From contig JBEKHC010000038.1 in assembly GCA_050012475.1 (NCBI GenBank), forward strand, positions 1-43,631: a DNA stretch of 43,631 nucleotides. The letters run 5' to 3'. Positions within the stretch are counted from its first letter, which is position 1. Every line of letters starts with the position of its first letter. This stretch comes from Candidatus Velthaea sp. Lineage in GTDB: Bacteria; Vulcanimicrobiota; Vulcanimicrobiia; Vulcanimicrobiales; Vulcanimicrobiaceae. Below, in pieces: positions 27,996-38,076 of the stretch. Below the pieces are notes generated by a model. That model made no database searches. It had not been told where the DNA came from and worked only from the letters and a program-made list of their open reading frames with translations. Both the position numbers and the translations under genes were made by a program.

Positions 27996-29219
27996 CTATT
28001 GCGGCGGCGGCGAAGTGCCGGGATTGAGCGCGTTGTGTCCGAGACTTGCGCGCTTGGTAATGGCTTCGATGTGGCGATCGATGTACGCGTCCGTGAGCGG
28101 CAGGCGAAACTCCGTCAGACCGCGCGACGGCGCGAACAGGACGTCTTTCTTCATGAGTTGGCTGCGTACCGAGCCCAGTTCGGATGAGGCCAAGCCCAAT
28201 GCACCGGCGATCTCCTCGCTGTGGTGGGTGCCCGGGCCAAGGCGGTGCAGGGCGAGCACGTAGAGCGCCTCGCGCGGGCTGATTTGCGCGAATTGCCGGC
28301 TGAAAATGCTCTCGTCCAGCATCGTTTGAACGCCGAGCGCGACCCGCTCGACATCGGCTGCGGTGATGACGTCGCCGTGATGCGCCAGCCACGCGGCGGA
28401 GGCAAACTCTTGAACGAAATACGGATACCCCTGACTGAGCGCGTAAAGCTTCGCGGCGGCGGCGGGCTCCCAACGGACGCCGATCTTGCGGGCCGGCACG
28501 TCGACGGCTTCGACCGTTGCCGCCGCAGTGAGCAGTCCGAGATTCAGGTACGCATAGCGCTCGGTGTAGGTGCGGACGGTTTTGAGCACGCCGGCCGTAT
28601 TGGGCAAGCCCGCGCACAGCAGCAGACTGGGCTCTGGCGTGCCGGCGGACTTGTGCACGACGCGAATGATGCGCAGCAAATCACCCGTCGGGCTTTCCTG
28701 GATTTCGTCGAGGGCGATCAGCAGGAACCGGCCGTGCCGGCGCAACTGCTCGTTGAGCGTCAGCAGAACGTCTTCGAGCGAATCGGAGCGCACCGGCTCC
28801 TCGTCGGTCGCGTTCGCGCTCGCAAGGCTGACGCTGCCGGCGCTGTGCGGCAGCTCGTACGAAATTCTCGGCAGCCGTTCGGCGAGGTATCCGATCGCCG
28901 AGGCCAGGCGTTTGGGGAGCGATTCGCTGCCCGACAGCGCGGCGGCCAGTTCGCGCCGCATCACGTCGGTGAAGCGCAGCGTTTTGTCGGCCTCCGCCGT
29001 GATGGCGAGTCCACCCGCCGCGCGTGCTTCGCTCACGCATTGGCGCAGGAGCGCGGTTTTGCCCATGCCCCGCAAGCCGGTGAAGACGATCGGTTTCGCC
29101 GGCGCGCCGGCGTTCGTCATCGCAATCGCATACCGCGCCGCACCGAGTTCGCTATCGCGCCCGGCCAACTCGGGCGGCACGCTGCCCGGAGCGGTCCGGT
29201 AGGGATTGTGACTCGCCAT
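27996..29219 (-). CDS. AAA+/STAND-like ATPase with probable C-terminal winged helix
   Basis: NPY..APG..PPELAGRD, Walker A GLRGMGKT, Walker B LIALDEIQ, GYPYFVQ. Confidence 0.88.
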   Translation of the reverse strand: MASHNPYRTAPGSVPPELAGRDSELGAARYAIAMTNAGAPAKPIVFTGLRGMGKTALLRQCVSEARAAGGLAITAEADKTLRFTDVMRRELAAALSGSESLPKRLASAIGYLAERLPRISYELPHSAGSVSLASANATDEEPVRSDSLEDVLLTLNEQLRRHGRFLLIALDEIQESPTGDLLRIIRVVHKSAGTPEPSLLLCAGLPNTAGVLKTVRTYTERYAYLNLGLLTAAATVEAVDVPARKIGVRWEPAAAAKLYALSQGYPYFVQEFASAAWLAHHGDVITAADVERVALGVQTMLDESIFSRQFAQISPREALYVLALHRLGPGTHHSEEIAGALGLASSELGSVRSQLMKKDVLFAPSRGLTEFRLPLTDAYIDRHIEAITKRASLGHNALNPGTSPPPQ

Positions 29220-29227
29220 CAGACCTC

Positions 29228-29257
29228 AGTGTAGCGCAGCGGTTACAAAAGTTACAA
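29228..29257 (-). promoter_or_regulatory. Sigma70-type promoter of the ATPase with overlapping TTGTAAC direct repeats
   Basis: TTGTAA-18 nt-TACACT ending 8 nt before the ATG; GTTACAA at 29242-29248 and 29251-29257. Confidence 0.55.
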
Positions 29258-29311
29258 CTCATTCCAAGGAACGTGAGCGTGGTCCGCCGCGGGCCGGGTA
29301 AAATCCCGAGC

Positions 29312-29650
29312 ATGAAAACGACGTGGAAACCACACGAAAAATCCGGCCGCTTGACGACGCAAAGCGACTTGCCCGACAGCGTCTTCGCGTTTCCCAAGCA
29401 GCGCAAAGAACCGCTCACCGATGCGCGTCACGTCCGCAACGCCATCGCGCGGCTCGATCAGGTTGAGGGCGTCAGCGCCGCCGACCGGGAGTCGGCGTTC
29501 GCGAACATCAAAAAAGCCGCCGCTTATTACGGGATCGAACTGAGCGAGACGTCGGCGGCCGATGTGGGCGTTCATCCGCAAAGTGCCGCGAACAAACGCA
29601 AGCGCTCTGCGGCGCGCGCCCACGGGGCAGGCGACGCGTCCACCACGTAA
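29312..29650 (+). CDS. DUF6582 family protein
   Basis: LPDSVFAFPKQRKEPLTDARHVRNAIARLDQVEGV; TAAAAT 7 nt upstream suggests a leaderless transcript. Confidence 0.8.
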   Translation: MKTTWKPHEKSGRLTTQSDLPDSVFAFPKQRKEPLTDARHVRNAIARLDQVEGVSAADRESAFANIKKAAAYYGIELSETSAADVGVHPQSAANKRKRSAARAHGAGDASTT

Positions 29651-29744
29651 GCCCGAACCGCGACGGCGCGCGCGGACGCCGGTTTGGCGCGCGCTTAAAC
29701 AGCCGGCGTATTCGGCCGCGAAGCCGGCCCGATCTCGGAAGCGA

Positions 29745-29858
29745 TCAGTGCGAGTGGGTGATCATATCGTCGAACGTATTGACGACCAGCCAAATTCGCA
29801 CCGCAGCGCAAACGACAACGATCGAGCAGACGACGATGACGGCAACGGCGGTATCCAT
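29745..29858 (-). CDS. Putative 37-aa single-pass membrane protein MDTAVAVIVVCSIVVVCAAVRIWLVVNTFDDMITHSH
   Basis: GAGGA RBS 7 nt upstream, one hydrophobic helix; absent from the supplied ORF track because it is short. Confidence 0.55.
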   Translation of the reverse strand: MDTAVAVIVVCSIVVVCAAVRIWLVVNTFDDMITHSH

Positions 29859-29942
29859 GGCGATTTCCTCGGACGTGCGTTTGGACGCCGGGCCGAACGG
29901 CTGGTTGGTGCGGTCGGCGCGACGGGATAACGACTATTGTCG

Positions 29943-30097
29943 CACCTGCGAGCGCTGATTGCAACGGCTCTGCGCTTGCCCCTACTCCGAGACGCCGGTG
30001 CCGCCGAGCGAACGAGGCGCCACCGGCGAGTGCTGATTGCAACGGCTCCGCGCTGCCCCTCCTTCGAAACGCCGGTACCGCCGAGCGAACGAGGCGC
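29943..30097. repeat. Two imperfect tandem copies of a ~78-bp GC-rich unit
   Basis: Copies at 29943-30020 and 30021-30097 share GCTGATTGCAACGGCTC and CCGCCGAGCGAACGAGGCGC. Confidence 0.85.
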
Positions 30098-30291
30098 TTT
30101 CCGTATGAACGGCGGGCATTGGCTCGCCTGCACGGTCGCTCACGCGAGGAAACAGCGGACGTTCTTTTGTGCGAAGCCGTGCGGGAAAATGTAAAATAAC
30201 CCGTCGCTCGATGGACCCGCAATGCGCCCGTGTTCGCGTTTGCCGAAATAGACGTTAGCGGTCCTTTCGGAAAACCTGGAAGACGTTGCCC

Positions 30292-30615
30292 ATGAAGCGC
30301 CCAACGCACAATCCCGTTCCCGCCGTCGCCTCGATGCTCGAGTCGTGTTCCGATGAAGAAGTCTATTTCTTCTTCATGAAGCACGCGTGCGGCAAGGCGC
30401 TCTGCGTGTACCCGATCTGCGACGACGCACGTGCGGCGCGGCACGCCGTGGTGATTCCCGAAGGCGCGGATCCATTCGTCCAAGCCGCCGTTATCGGGCT
30501 CGTTCGCCGGCACAACCTTCAGCGTGCCGATCGAACCAGCGCTGCTGCCGCGACGTTCATTCGGACCTGCACCGCCGATTACTATTTCGGATACGGATTC
30601 GGGGAGGAAACCTAG
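30292..30615 (+). CDS. Hypothetical protein
   Basis: 107-aa ORF with plausible composition, five Cys; no family recognised. Confidence 0.5.
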   Translation: MKRPTHNPVPAVASMLESCSDEEVYFFFMKHACGKALCVYPICDDARAARHAVVIPEGADPFVQAAVIGLVRRHNLQRADRTSAAAATFIRTCTADYYFGYGFGEET

Positions 30616-30851
30616 GTGTCGACATCGGAGAGCGCCGCGGAAATTCTCGCGCGCAATATCGCTTTCTTCGAGCAGCGGACGGCGCCGCGCTCTCGTCCGC
30701 CGGTTGTTCCGGCGCAGCCGCTGCAAACGGAGCGCACCTTGCGCCCGGAAACGGCGCCCCGCCGCTAGGCGGCCTTCCGAACCCGCGCGAAACATCCGAG
30801 CGGCTCGGCCGTATCTTCGCAGACATGGCCGACTGGAGTGTGTGATCTCGA

Positions 30852-33800
30852 ATGTGGCTGACGCGGTTTTCGATTCAGCGCCCGATCATCGTCTCGATGT
30901 TCTTCATCGCGCTGGCGGTGTTCGGCCTGATTTCGTTTGCGAAGCTGGGCCGCAGCCTCAATCCGAACGTCACGTTTCCGATCGTCGTCGTCAGCGCGGC
31001 TTACCCCGGTGCTTCGCCGGCCGAGATGGAGCGCTTGATCATCAAGCCGATCGAAGATCAAATCGACGGCATCGACAATCTCGACCGCATGTCGGCGACG
31101 TCGCAGGAAGGGATCGCGACCGTCGTCATCCAGTTCAAGATCGATACGAATCTCGACTTCGCGGCGATCGACGTCCAGCGCCGGGTCGATACGGCGCGCG
31201 TGTACATGCCCACCGATCTCGATCCGCCGCTGGTCGACAAGAGCGCCGGTTCGCAACAGGCGCCGATTCTCACGCTCGCGCTCAGCTCGCGTTCGCTGAC
31301 GGGAACGGCGCTGTCGGATCTGGTCGACGCGCGGATCATCCCCGACATCAAGCATATTCCGAACGTTCAGAGCGTCGATCCCAGCGGCGAGATCAAACGC
31401 GAGTACCATGTCTTGCCCGACCCGCTGCGGCTGCTCGGTTCGGGCGCGACGCTGCCCGATATCTTCGATGCGATCGCGCAGAACAACGCCAATTTGCCCG
31501 GCGGCCGTTTCGATTCGCCGACGCGCGAGGCGGATGTTTCGATTCACTCCGAGATCGTGAACGCCGCCGACATGCTCGACATCCCGCTCCCGGTGCCGGG
31601 TGCGGCCCAGAAGGATCTCAAGATCGGGCACGTCGCAACGGTTGAAGACGGTCACGTCGAACAACGCAGCGTCTCGAAGTTCAAGGGCGCGCCGACGGTG
31701 CTCATCGACATCAACCGCACGCTGAACTCCGACGAGATCGCGTCGACGAAGATCGCGCGCGCTCAGCTCGCCGACATCGCGAAAAAGTACCCCAGCGTCA
31801 CCTTTACCGAAGTCGACGCAGCAGCCGACTACACGCAAGCCTCGCTCGACGGCGTGCTCCAAAATTTGCTCGAAGGCATCGTGCTGACCGCGATCGTGAT
31901 CATGCTGTTTCTGCACGCCTGGCGGAATGCCGCCGTCGTGATGATCGCGATCCCGACGTCGCTGCTCTCGACGTTCATCGTGATGAGCGCGATGCATTTC
32001 ACGCTCGATGTCGTTTCGCTCATGGGACTGTCGCTCATCATCGGCATTCTCGTCGACGACTCGATCGTCGTGCTCGAGAACATCACCCGGCATCGCGACC
32101 TGGGCGACAAACCGTTCGACGCCGCGCTCAACGGGCGCACGGAGATCGGCGGCGCGGCGATCGCGATCACGCTCGTCGACGTGGTGGTCTTTTTGCCGAT
32201 CGCGTTCATGTCGGGCATCATCGGCAAGTACATGATCGAGTTCGGCATCGTCGTCGTCGTCGCGACGCTGTTTTCGCTGCTGGTGTCGTTCACGCTGACA
32301 CCGATGCTCGCTGCACGCTGGTCGGTCCGCAAGCGCGAAACCGAGATCCCGCGCTACATTCGCTGGTTCCCGGCCGGCTTCGACCGGCTTACCGCGTGGT
32401 ATCGCGACCGCGCGTTGCCGTTCGCGCTCAACCATCGCTGGGCGACCGTCGGCCTGTGCGTCGCGTTGCTCGCCGCGGCGGTGGCGCTGCCGGTGTCGGG
32501 CGTCGTGCAGTCGGAGTTCGTCTCGGCGTCGGACACCGGTTCGATTCAAATGACGGTAACCTATCCGACGGGGACGCCGCTGGCGACCACCCAAGCCGGC
32601 GTCGACAAACTCGAAACGGCCGTTCTGCAGCTTCCCGGGATCCGCTCGACGATCACGACGACGGGCACCAAGCCGGCCGGCTGGGGCGTCACGATCGGCG
32701 GCAACGTCGCGCGGATGTTCGCCCAAACCGAGAAAGACAAGCGCAAGCAAACCAACGCTTTGGTCGAGCAGATCCGCGGGCTGTCCCCGCTCGTGCCCGG
32801 CGCCCTGCTGACGGTCTCGGCCGAAGGCGGCGGCGGGAGCGGCGGCGACCCGATCTACTACACGCTCTCGGGTCCCGAAGCACAGATCGGGCCGGCGGCC
32901 GACAAGCTGGCCGAACTCATCCGCGGTATTCCGGGAACCGTCAACGTGCAGACCGGCGCCGAGACCGAGGGCGACCGCGTCAACATCACGATCGACCGCG
33001 CGAAGGCCGCCGTGCTTGGCGTGTCGCCAGGTGTCGCCTCGAACGCGGCGCGGATCGCGATCGGCGGTGCCGTCGCCACCAAGGTCCGCACCGAGAGCGG
33101 GCTGGTCGACGTGCGCGTGCAGTTGCCCGAAGCGTATCGCGACCACCTCGGCGACTTGCAGAACATCAAAGTGCGGTCGAGCGACGGCAGCTTGTACCGG
33201 CTGGCCGACGTCGCTTCGTTCACGTTCGCCAAAGCGCCCACGAAGATCGAACGGCTCGACAAAGAGCGGGTCGTGCGGGTGACCGGCGGTTTCGATCCAG
33301 CGAAAACGACGCTGGGCGCCGTCACCGCGAAGATCGACGCCGCGGTGAAAACGCCGGGCTACTTGCCCGACGGCGTCGGGCTGCGCGCGTCGGGCGACTC
33401 CGAGTTCTTCGGCGAGATGGTGCAGAGCATGACGATCGCCATCGTCACCTCCGCGATGCTCGTCTACGTGCTGATGGTCATCTTGTACAGTTCGTTCCTA
33501 ACGCCGTTCGTAGTGATGTTCTCGATTCCGGTCGCCATCGTCGGCGCCTTGTTCGCGCTGGCGATCACCCGTCAGACGCTCAATCTGTTCTCGCTCATCG
33601 CGATGATCATGCTCTTCGGTCTGGTCGCCAAAAACGGCATCCTGCTCGTCGACTACGCCAACACGATGCGCGGCCGCGGCATGCGCGTGATCGAGGCGAT
33701 GCGCGCCGCGGCGGGGACGCGCTTGCGGCCGATCGTCATGACGACGATGGCGATGGTGTTTGGCATGCTGCCGCTCTCGCTGGGATTGGCCGAAGGCGCT

Positions 33801-34004
33801 GAGTTTCGGCGTTCGATGGGGACCGTGCTCATCGGCGGACTGCTCAGCTCGCTCATCTTGACGCTGTTCCTGGTGCCGGTCATCTACACGTGGGTCGTCG
33901 GCTTCATCGACCGACGCGCGGCGCGCCGGGCGCTGTTCATCGACGATGCCGACGACGGGGTCGACGAGTGGCGGCCGCCGGCCATGCCGACCGAGGCGCG
34001 CTGA
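30852..34004 (+). CDS. RND efflux permease (AcrB/SwrC-like HAE1)
   Basis: YPGASPAEME, GILVDDSIVVLENI, GLVAKNGILLVD, RLRPIVMTT. Confidence 0.95.
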   Translation: MWLTRFSIQRPIIVSMFFIALAVFGLISFAKLGRSLNPNVTFPIVVVSAAYPGASPAEMERLIIKPIEDQIDGIDNLDRMSATSQEGIATVVIQFKIDTNLDFAAIDVQRRVDTARVYMPTDLDPPLVDKSAGSQQAPILTLALSSRSLTGTALSDLVDARIIPDIKHIPNVQSVDPSGEIKREYHVLPDPLRLLGSGATLPDIFDAIAQNNANLPGGRFDSPTREADVSIHSEIVNAADMLDIPLPVPGAAQKDLKIGHVATVEDGHVEQRSVSKFKGAPTVLIDINRTLNSDEIASTKIARAQLADIAKKYPSVTFTEVDAAADYTQASLDGVLQNLLEGIVLTAIVIMLFLHAWRNAAVVMIAIPTSLLSTFIVMSAMHFTLDVVSLMGLSLIIGILVDDSIVVLENITRHRDLGDKPFDAALNGRTEIGGAAIAITLVDVVVFLPIAFMSGIIGKYMIEFGIVVVVATLFSLLVSFTLTPMLAARWSVRKRETEIPRYIRWFPAGFDRLTAWYRDRALPFALNHRWATVGLCVALLAAAVALPVSGVVQSEFVSASDTGSIQMTVTYPTGTPLATTQAGVDKLETAVLQLPGIRSTITTTGTKPAGWGVTIGGNVARMFAQTEKDKRKQTNALVEQIRGLSPLVPGALLTVSAEGGGGSGGDPIYYTLSGPEAQIGPAADKLAELIRGIPGTVNVQTGAETEGDRVNITIDRAKAAVLGVSPGVASNAARIAIGGAVATKVRTESGLVDVRVQLPEAYRDHLGDLQNIKVRSSDGSLYRLADVASFTFAKAPTKIERLDKERVVRVTGGFDPAKTTLGAVTAKIDAAVKTPGYLPDGVGLRASGDSEFFGEMVQSMTIAIVTSAMLVYVLMVILYSSFLTPFVVMFSIPVAIVGALFALAITRQTLNLFSLIAMIMLFGLVAKNGILLVDYANTMRGRGMRVIEAMRAAAGTRLRPIVMTTMAMVFGMLPLSLGLAEGAEFRRSMGTVLIGGLLSSLILTLFLVPVIYTWVVGFIDRRAARRALFIDDADDGVDEWRPPAMPTEAR

Positions 34005-34031
34005 GTCGACAATCGGGGAACATGTCCCGGT

Positions 34032-35093
34032 ATGAATGACCACGAGCCCGCCGTCACGTTCATGCGGCGCGGAGTCGCCGTCGCGCCCAGCGGCAATGCT
34101 GACGATCGCGGCGGCGTCATCAATCCCGGGTGCGCGCGAACGCGTAACGGCAAATTGGTACTTCTGCCGCGCGTGGTCGCAGCCGGGAATATTTCGCGCG
34201 TCGCGTGCTATCGGGCGGCGTGGAACGGCGACGAGCCGGCGTTTTCATTCGACGGCATCGCCCTCGAACCGCAGGCGCCGTACGAACGCCGGGTGACGCC
34301 GGGCGGCTACGGATGTGAAGATCCGCGCGTGACCTTCGTGCCGGCCCTCGATCGTTACTTGATGGCGTACTGCGCGTACGGTCCCAGCGGTGCCCGGGTT
34401 GCCGTAGCGACGTCCATCGACGCGATCCATTGGACGCGCCTAGGACTGGTCGATTTCCACGGCGAGGACGGTTTTGGCGACAAAGACGCGGCGTTCTTTC
34501 CCGAGATCGTCGCTGCGCCGAACGGCGCGCCGTCATTTGCGCTCTTGCATCGCCCGACGTTGCACGAATCGGTGAGCGGCGGTCGCACGATGGTCCCCGC
34601 CATTTTGGCGATGCCGCCCGGCGATCGTGAAAGCATCTGCATTTCGTACGCGCCTGCCGATATCGTGCGAGCGGATCCGGGAGCGCTGCTCGACATGCGC
34701 GAAACGCGCGTCGTCATGCAGCCCGACGGCGCTTGGGGCGCGATCAAAGTCGGGACCGGCACGCCGCCGGTCCGGACGCCGGCCGGCTGGATGTTCATGT
34801 ATCACGGCATCGATCCGCAGTCCGGACAGGAAGATTCCGAGCGTCCCGCCGTGCAATATCGCGCGGGCGTCGCGCTGCTCGATCCGGCTCGGCCGCACGT
34901 GCTCGTCTACCGGTCGCCGCAGCCGGTCCTGTGGCCCGAACTTCCGGAAGAACGCGAAGGCATCGTCGACGACGTCGTGTTTCCCACCGCGATCGATCCC
35001 CGCGCCGATGTCGGGAACGATGCTTATGATGTCTACTACGGGATGGGCGATCGCGTCACCGGCCGCGGCCGCTTGACGTTCGATCCGCGCTGA
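34032..35093 (+). CDS. GH130-like glycosidase/phosphorylase (five-bladed propeller)
   Basis: GVINPG, GCEDPRVT, DKDAAFFPE, HRP, KVGTGTPP, WMFMYHG, DVVFPT, YYGMGD. Confidence 0.85.
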   Translation: MNDHEPAVTFMRRGVAVAPSGNADDRGGVINPGCARTRNGKLVLLPRVVAAGNISRVACYRAAWNGDEPAFSFDGIALEPQAPYERRVTPGGYGCEDPRVTFVPALDRYLMAYCAYGPSGARVAVATSIDAIHWTRLGLVDFHGEDGFGDKDAAFFPEIVAAPNGAPSFALLHRPTLHESVSGGRTMVPAILAMPPGDRESICISYAPADIVRADPGALLDMRETRVVMQPDGAWGAIKVGTGTPPVRTPAGWMFMYHGIDPQSGQEDSERPAVQYRAGVALLDPARPHVLVYRSPQPVLWPELPEEREGIVDDVVFPTAIDPRADVGNDAYDVYYGMGDRVTGRGRLTFDPR

Positions 35094-35097
35094 CGCA

Positions 35098-36654
35098 GTG
35101 GCATCACACGCGCCGGCCGGCGCGGTCGACTCCGGCGCTCCGGCGGACGTGATCGAATACGGCTGGCGGCGCGTCGCGGTCACGGTCGCCGTGATCCTCG
35201 GTGCCGTCCTCGAGATCGTGGACACGACGATCGTCAACGTTGCGCTGCCGAACATTCAGGGGAACGTCGGCGCGTCACGCGACGAAGGCGCCTTCATCGT
35301 CACGGGTTACATCGTGGCGAACGTCATCGTGATTCCACTTTCGCCCTGGCTGCAGCGGCGTTTTGGGCGTCGGCAATACTTCTTTGCCTCGATCGTCATC
35401 TTCACCGCCGCCTCCGCGATGTGCGGCCTGTCCCACGATTTGTTTTCGCTCGTGTTCTGGCGCGTCGTTCAGGGCACGGGCGGCGGCGGATTGCTTTCGC
35501 AGGCGCAAGCGATTTTGCGCGAGAGCTATCCCAAAGAACGGCAGGGCATGGCGCAAGGGATCTTTGCGCTGGGCGCGATCGTCGGCCCGACGCTCGGTCC
35601 GCTCATGGGCGGACTGATCACGGATTATGCGTCGTGGGAGTGGTGTTTCTTCGTCAACCTCCCGATCGGCGCGCTCTCGGCTACGTTGACCGCGCTTTAC
35701 CTGCGCAATCCCGCTCCGCCCAAGAAGCTGCCGATCGACGGCGTCGGGCTGGCGTGTTTGGCGCTGGGCCTGGGGTCGTTGCAATACGTCCTCGACCAGG
35801 GGCAAGAGAAAGATTGGTTCGGCGACGGGCTCATCACCCGGCTTTCGATCGTCGCCGCGGTCGGGATCGTGGCGTTCGTGATCTGGGAAGTGCGATTCGC
35901 GCGGCAGCCCATGGTCGACTTGACGATTTTGCGCAATCCCACGGTTGCCGCCGGCTCCGCACTCGGTCTCGTGCTGGGCATCTCGTTGCTCGGTACGCTC
36001 GTCACGCTGCCGCAGTACACGCAAGGCTCGCTGGGCTTCACCGCCACGCTCTCGGGGCAGCTCATCCTCATGCGCGCCATCCCCGTTGCGCTGCTCACCC
36101 CGCTTTCGGCGCGCCTCGCACAATCCGGGCGCATCGATCCTCGCTGGCAGCTCGGCGCGGGCTTCGTGTGCATCGGCGTATCGAATTGGTGGCTGGGCGC
36201 GATCACGACGCCGGTCTCGGAGTTCTGGACGTTCTTCGGACCGCTCGCGCTGAGCGGGATCGGGCTCTCGCAAGTCTTCGTCCCGATGTCGCTGACCGTG
36301 TTCGGCGCCGTGAGTCCGCGCGACGTCCCGAAGGCTTCGGCAATGTTCAATTTGTCGCGGCAGCTGGGCGGCAGCATCGCGGCCGCCGCGCTGCTGACGT
36401 TGCTCGATCGTTCGTCGGTGGCGCATCAAACGCGGATCGCGGCCGACATGACGCCGCGCAGCGCTGCGGTGCAAGCGTACCTCGACGAACACGGCGGCGC
36501 TGACTCGCGGCGTGCGCTCCTATCTCTGAATGCAATCGTCGAGCGGCAAGCGGTCGTGCTCGGTTACGCCGACACGAATCGCGATTCTGCGGCCGTCACG
36601 CTGCTGTTGACGCCGCTCGTCGGCTTTCTCAAGCCGGGCCGCCGCGGCCGGTAA
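35098..36654 (+). CDS. MFS drug:H+ antiporter, DHA2 (EmrB/QacA) family
   Basis: EIVDTTIVNVALP, RVVQGTGGG, GPTLGPLMGG, FFVNLPIG, LDQGQEKDWF. Confidence 0.93.
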   Translation: MASHAPAGAVDSGAPADVIEYGWRRVAVTVAVILGAVLEIVDTTIVNVALPNIQGNVGASRDEGAFIVTGYIVANVIVIPLSPWLQRRFGRRQYFFASIVIFTAASAMCGLSHDLFSLVFWRVVQGTGGGGLLSQAQAILRESYPKERQGMAQGIFALGAIVGPTLGPLMGGLITDYASWEWCFFVNLPIGALSATLTALYLRNPAPPKKLPIDGVGLACLALGLGSLQYVLDQGQEKDWFGDGLITRLSIVAAVGIVAFVIWEVRFARQPMVDLTILRNPTVAAGSALGLVLGISLLGTLVTLPQYTQGSLGFTATLSGQLILMRAIPVALLTPLSARLAQSGRIDPRWQLGAGFVCIGVSNWWLGAITTPVSEFWTFFGPLALSGIGLSQVFVPMSLTVFGAVSPRDVPKASAMFNLSRQLGGSIAAAALLTLLDRSSVAHQTRIAADMTPRSAAVQAYLDEHGGADSRRALLSLNAIVERQAVVLGYADTNRDSAAVTLLLTPLVGFLKPGRRGR

Positions 36655-38008
36655 GCGCGAACGCGCTCAGGCCGCCGTTTTCGTCGGAGCAATACACGGC
36701 GCCGCCGGCGATCGCCGGACTTTCCCAATGGATTTGGCCAAGCGGACCGCTCCATAACCGGTCGCCGGTTTGGGCGTCGAGGGCGACGAGTTGACCGCTC
36801 GTGGCGATGAAGACCATGCCGCCGGCAACGGCGGGCGAAGTGCCCTGCACGGCTCCGGCAAGGCTTGCGCGCCAGACCGGCGTGAGGCGGCTGGTGCCAT
36901 TGACCGTCGTCAGGCGGAAGGCATGGACGCCGTCCGCAAGCCCGAGAAAAACGAACGTTGCAGCGTGGGGTCCGGTCCAGACGGCGGGGGCGGAAAAGAG
37001 CTCGTTGTCGAGCGGCACCGTTTGCAGCGGCGGGCGGCCGTTCAAGTGCGCACGATCGAACAGACGTAAGACGCCGTCTTTTCCGCCCTGCACGGCAAGC
37101 AGCGGCGTCGCGCTGTCGGGTTGACGCGGCAAGAGCGCCGGTGAGCTGCTGCCGACGTCGAGATCCTGGGCCTCCAACCGGGCGTAGTCGTCGGGTGTTA
37201 ACGCGCCCAACAGGCGGCTCGCGTCGGCGGCGAGCGACAGAATCGAATCGCCGTAGTTGCCGGCACGGGCGTCGTACGGTCCATTACCGGTCGCCGCATA
37301 GATCCGCCCCTGCATCGCGGGATCGGAATCGACGACGACGCCGGCGCGCGACCACATTCCCGCGCGCTGCGCGTCGCAGGAGCCGGGTTCGATGAGCGCG
37401 CGGCGCGAACTGCACAACGAGTTGAAGACGGTCGTTACGCCATCGCGCAAGCGAATCGCGACGACGTGGCCGATATACGGCGTCGCGTCGCCGATGTATC
37501 CCGAGGTCTGCGCGTACAGAAAACCATTCGCCAAGTTGAGCGGCGACGCGTTCTTTTCCGTGTCGCGCGCGAGTGTGATGGCCGCCGGAAAGCCGTTGCC
37601 GCGCTGTTCGTGCCCGTCCGCCGGGTCGAGTTTGTGAATGTTTCCGTCGACGCCGGGGACGTACAGCACGCGAGTCGCCGGATCGTATGCCGGAACCGAC
37701 GTCGTGATGTTGGGACCGTGCGTCTCGAAGCGCCACACGATTTGCCCGCTGGCGGCGTCGATCCCATAGGTCGTGCCGTCGCGCGATGTTTGGAACAGCC
37801 GATCGCCGACGACGATCGGGGCTGAATCCGCAACGCTCCCGAGCACGATGTGCCAGCGCAGTGCCAGGCGTGCGACGTTCGCGGAGGTAAGCGCGCCATC
37901 GGCGGAGACTGCGCTGCGCATCGCGTCGTGTCCGAACAGCGGCCAGTCGGCCGGCTTCGCAATGCCGAGCAACGACACGAACACGGCGAGCAGCACCGAA
38001 CGACGCAT
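36629..38008 (-). CDS. Secreted PQQ-type beta-propeller repeat protein
   Basis: Signal peptide, DWPLFGHD, repeated AxDAxxG...W blades, ATGNG, GGKDG. Confidence 0.85.
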   Translation of the reverse strand: MRRSVLLAVFVSLLGIAKPADWPLFGHDAMRSAVSADGALTSANVARLALRWHIVLGSVADSAPIVVGDRLFQTSRDGTTYGIDAASGQIVWRFETHGPNITTSVPAYDPATRVLYVPGVDGNIHKLDPADGHEQRGNGFPAAITLARDTEKNASPLNLANGFLYAQTSGYIGDATPYIGHVVAIRLRDGVTTVFNSLCSSRRALIEPGSCDAQRAGMWSRAGVVVDSDPAMQGRIYAATGNGPYDARAGNYGDSILSLAADASRLLGALTPDDYARLEAQDLDVGSSSPALLPRQPDSATPLLAVQGGKDGVLRLFDRAHLNGRPPLQTVPLDNELFSAPAVWTGPHAATFVFLGLADGVHAFRLTTVNGTSRLTPVWRASLAGAVQGTSPAVAGGMVFIATSGQLVALDAQTGDRLWSGPLGQIHWESPAIAGGAVYCSDENGGLSAFALTGRGGPA

Positions 38009-38076
38009 AGGGGTTTCATACCCGAACCGGCGACGACGGACACGCGCGGCGGCGAGGCCCGCTGCTTCGTCGTCCG

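Noticed and set aside
27996..29219. Anti-phage defence assignment for the AAA+ ATPase
   Set aside because: No effector domain or partner nuclease is visible, and the neighbours are not defence-like
29943..30097. Tandem glycine riboswitch
   Set aside because: Lacks the GGAGA...CCGAAG...CTCTCAGG core on either strand, and there is no glycine-related downstream gene
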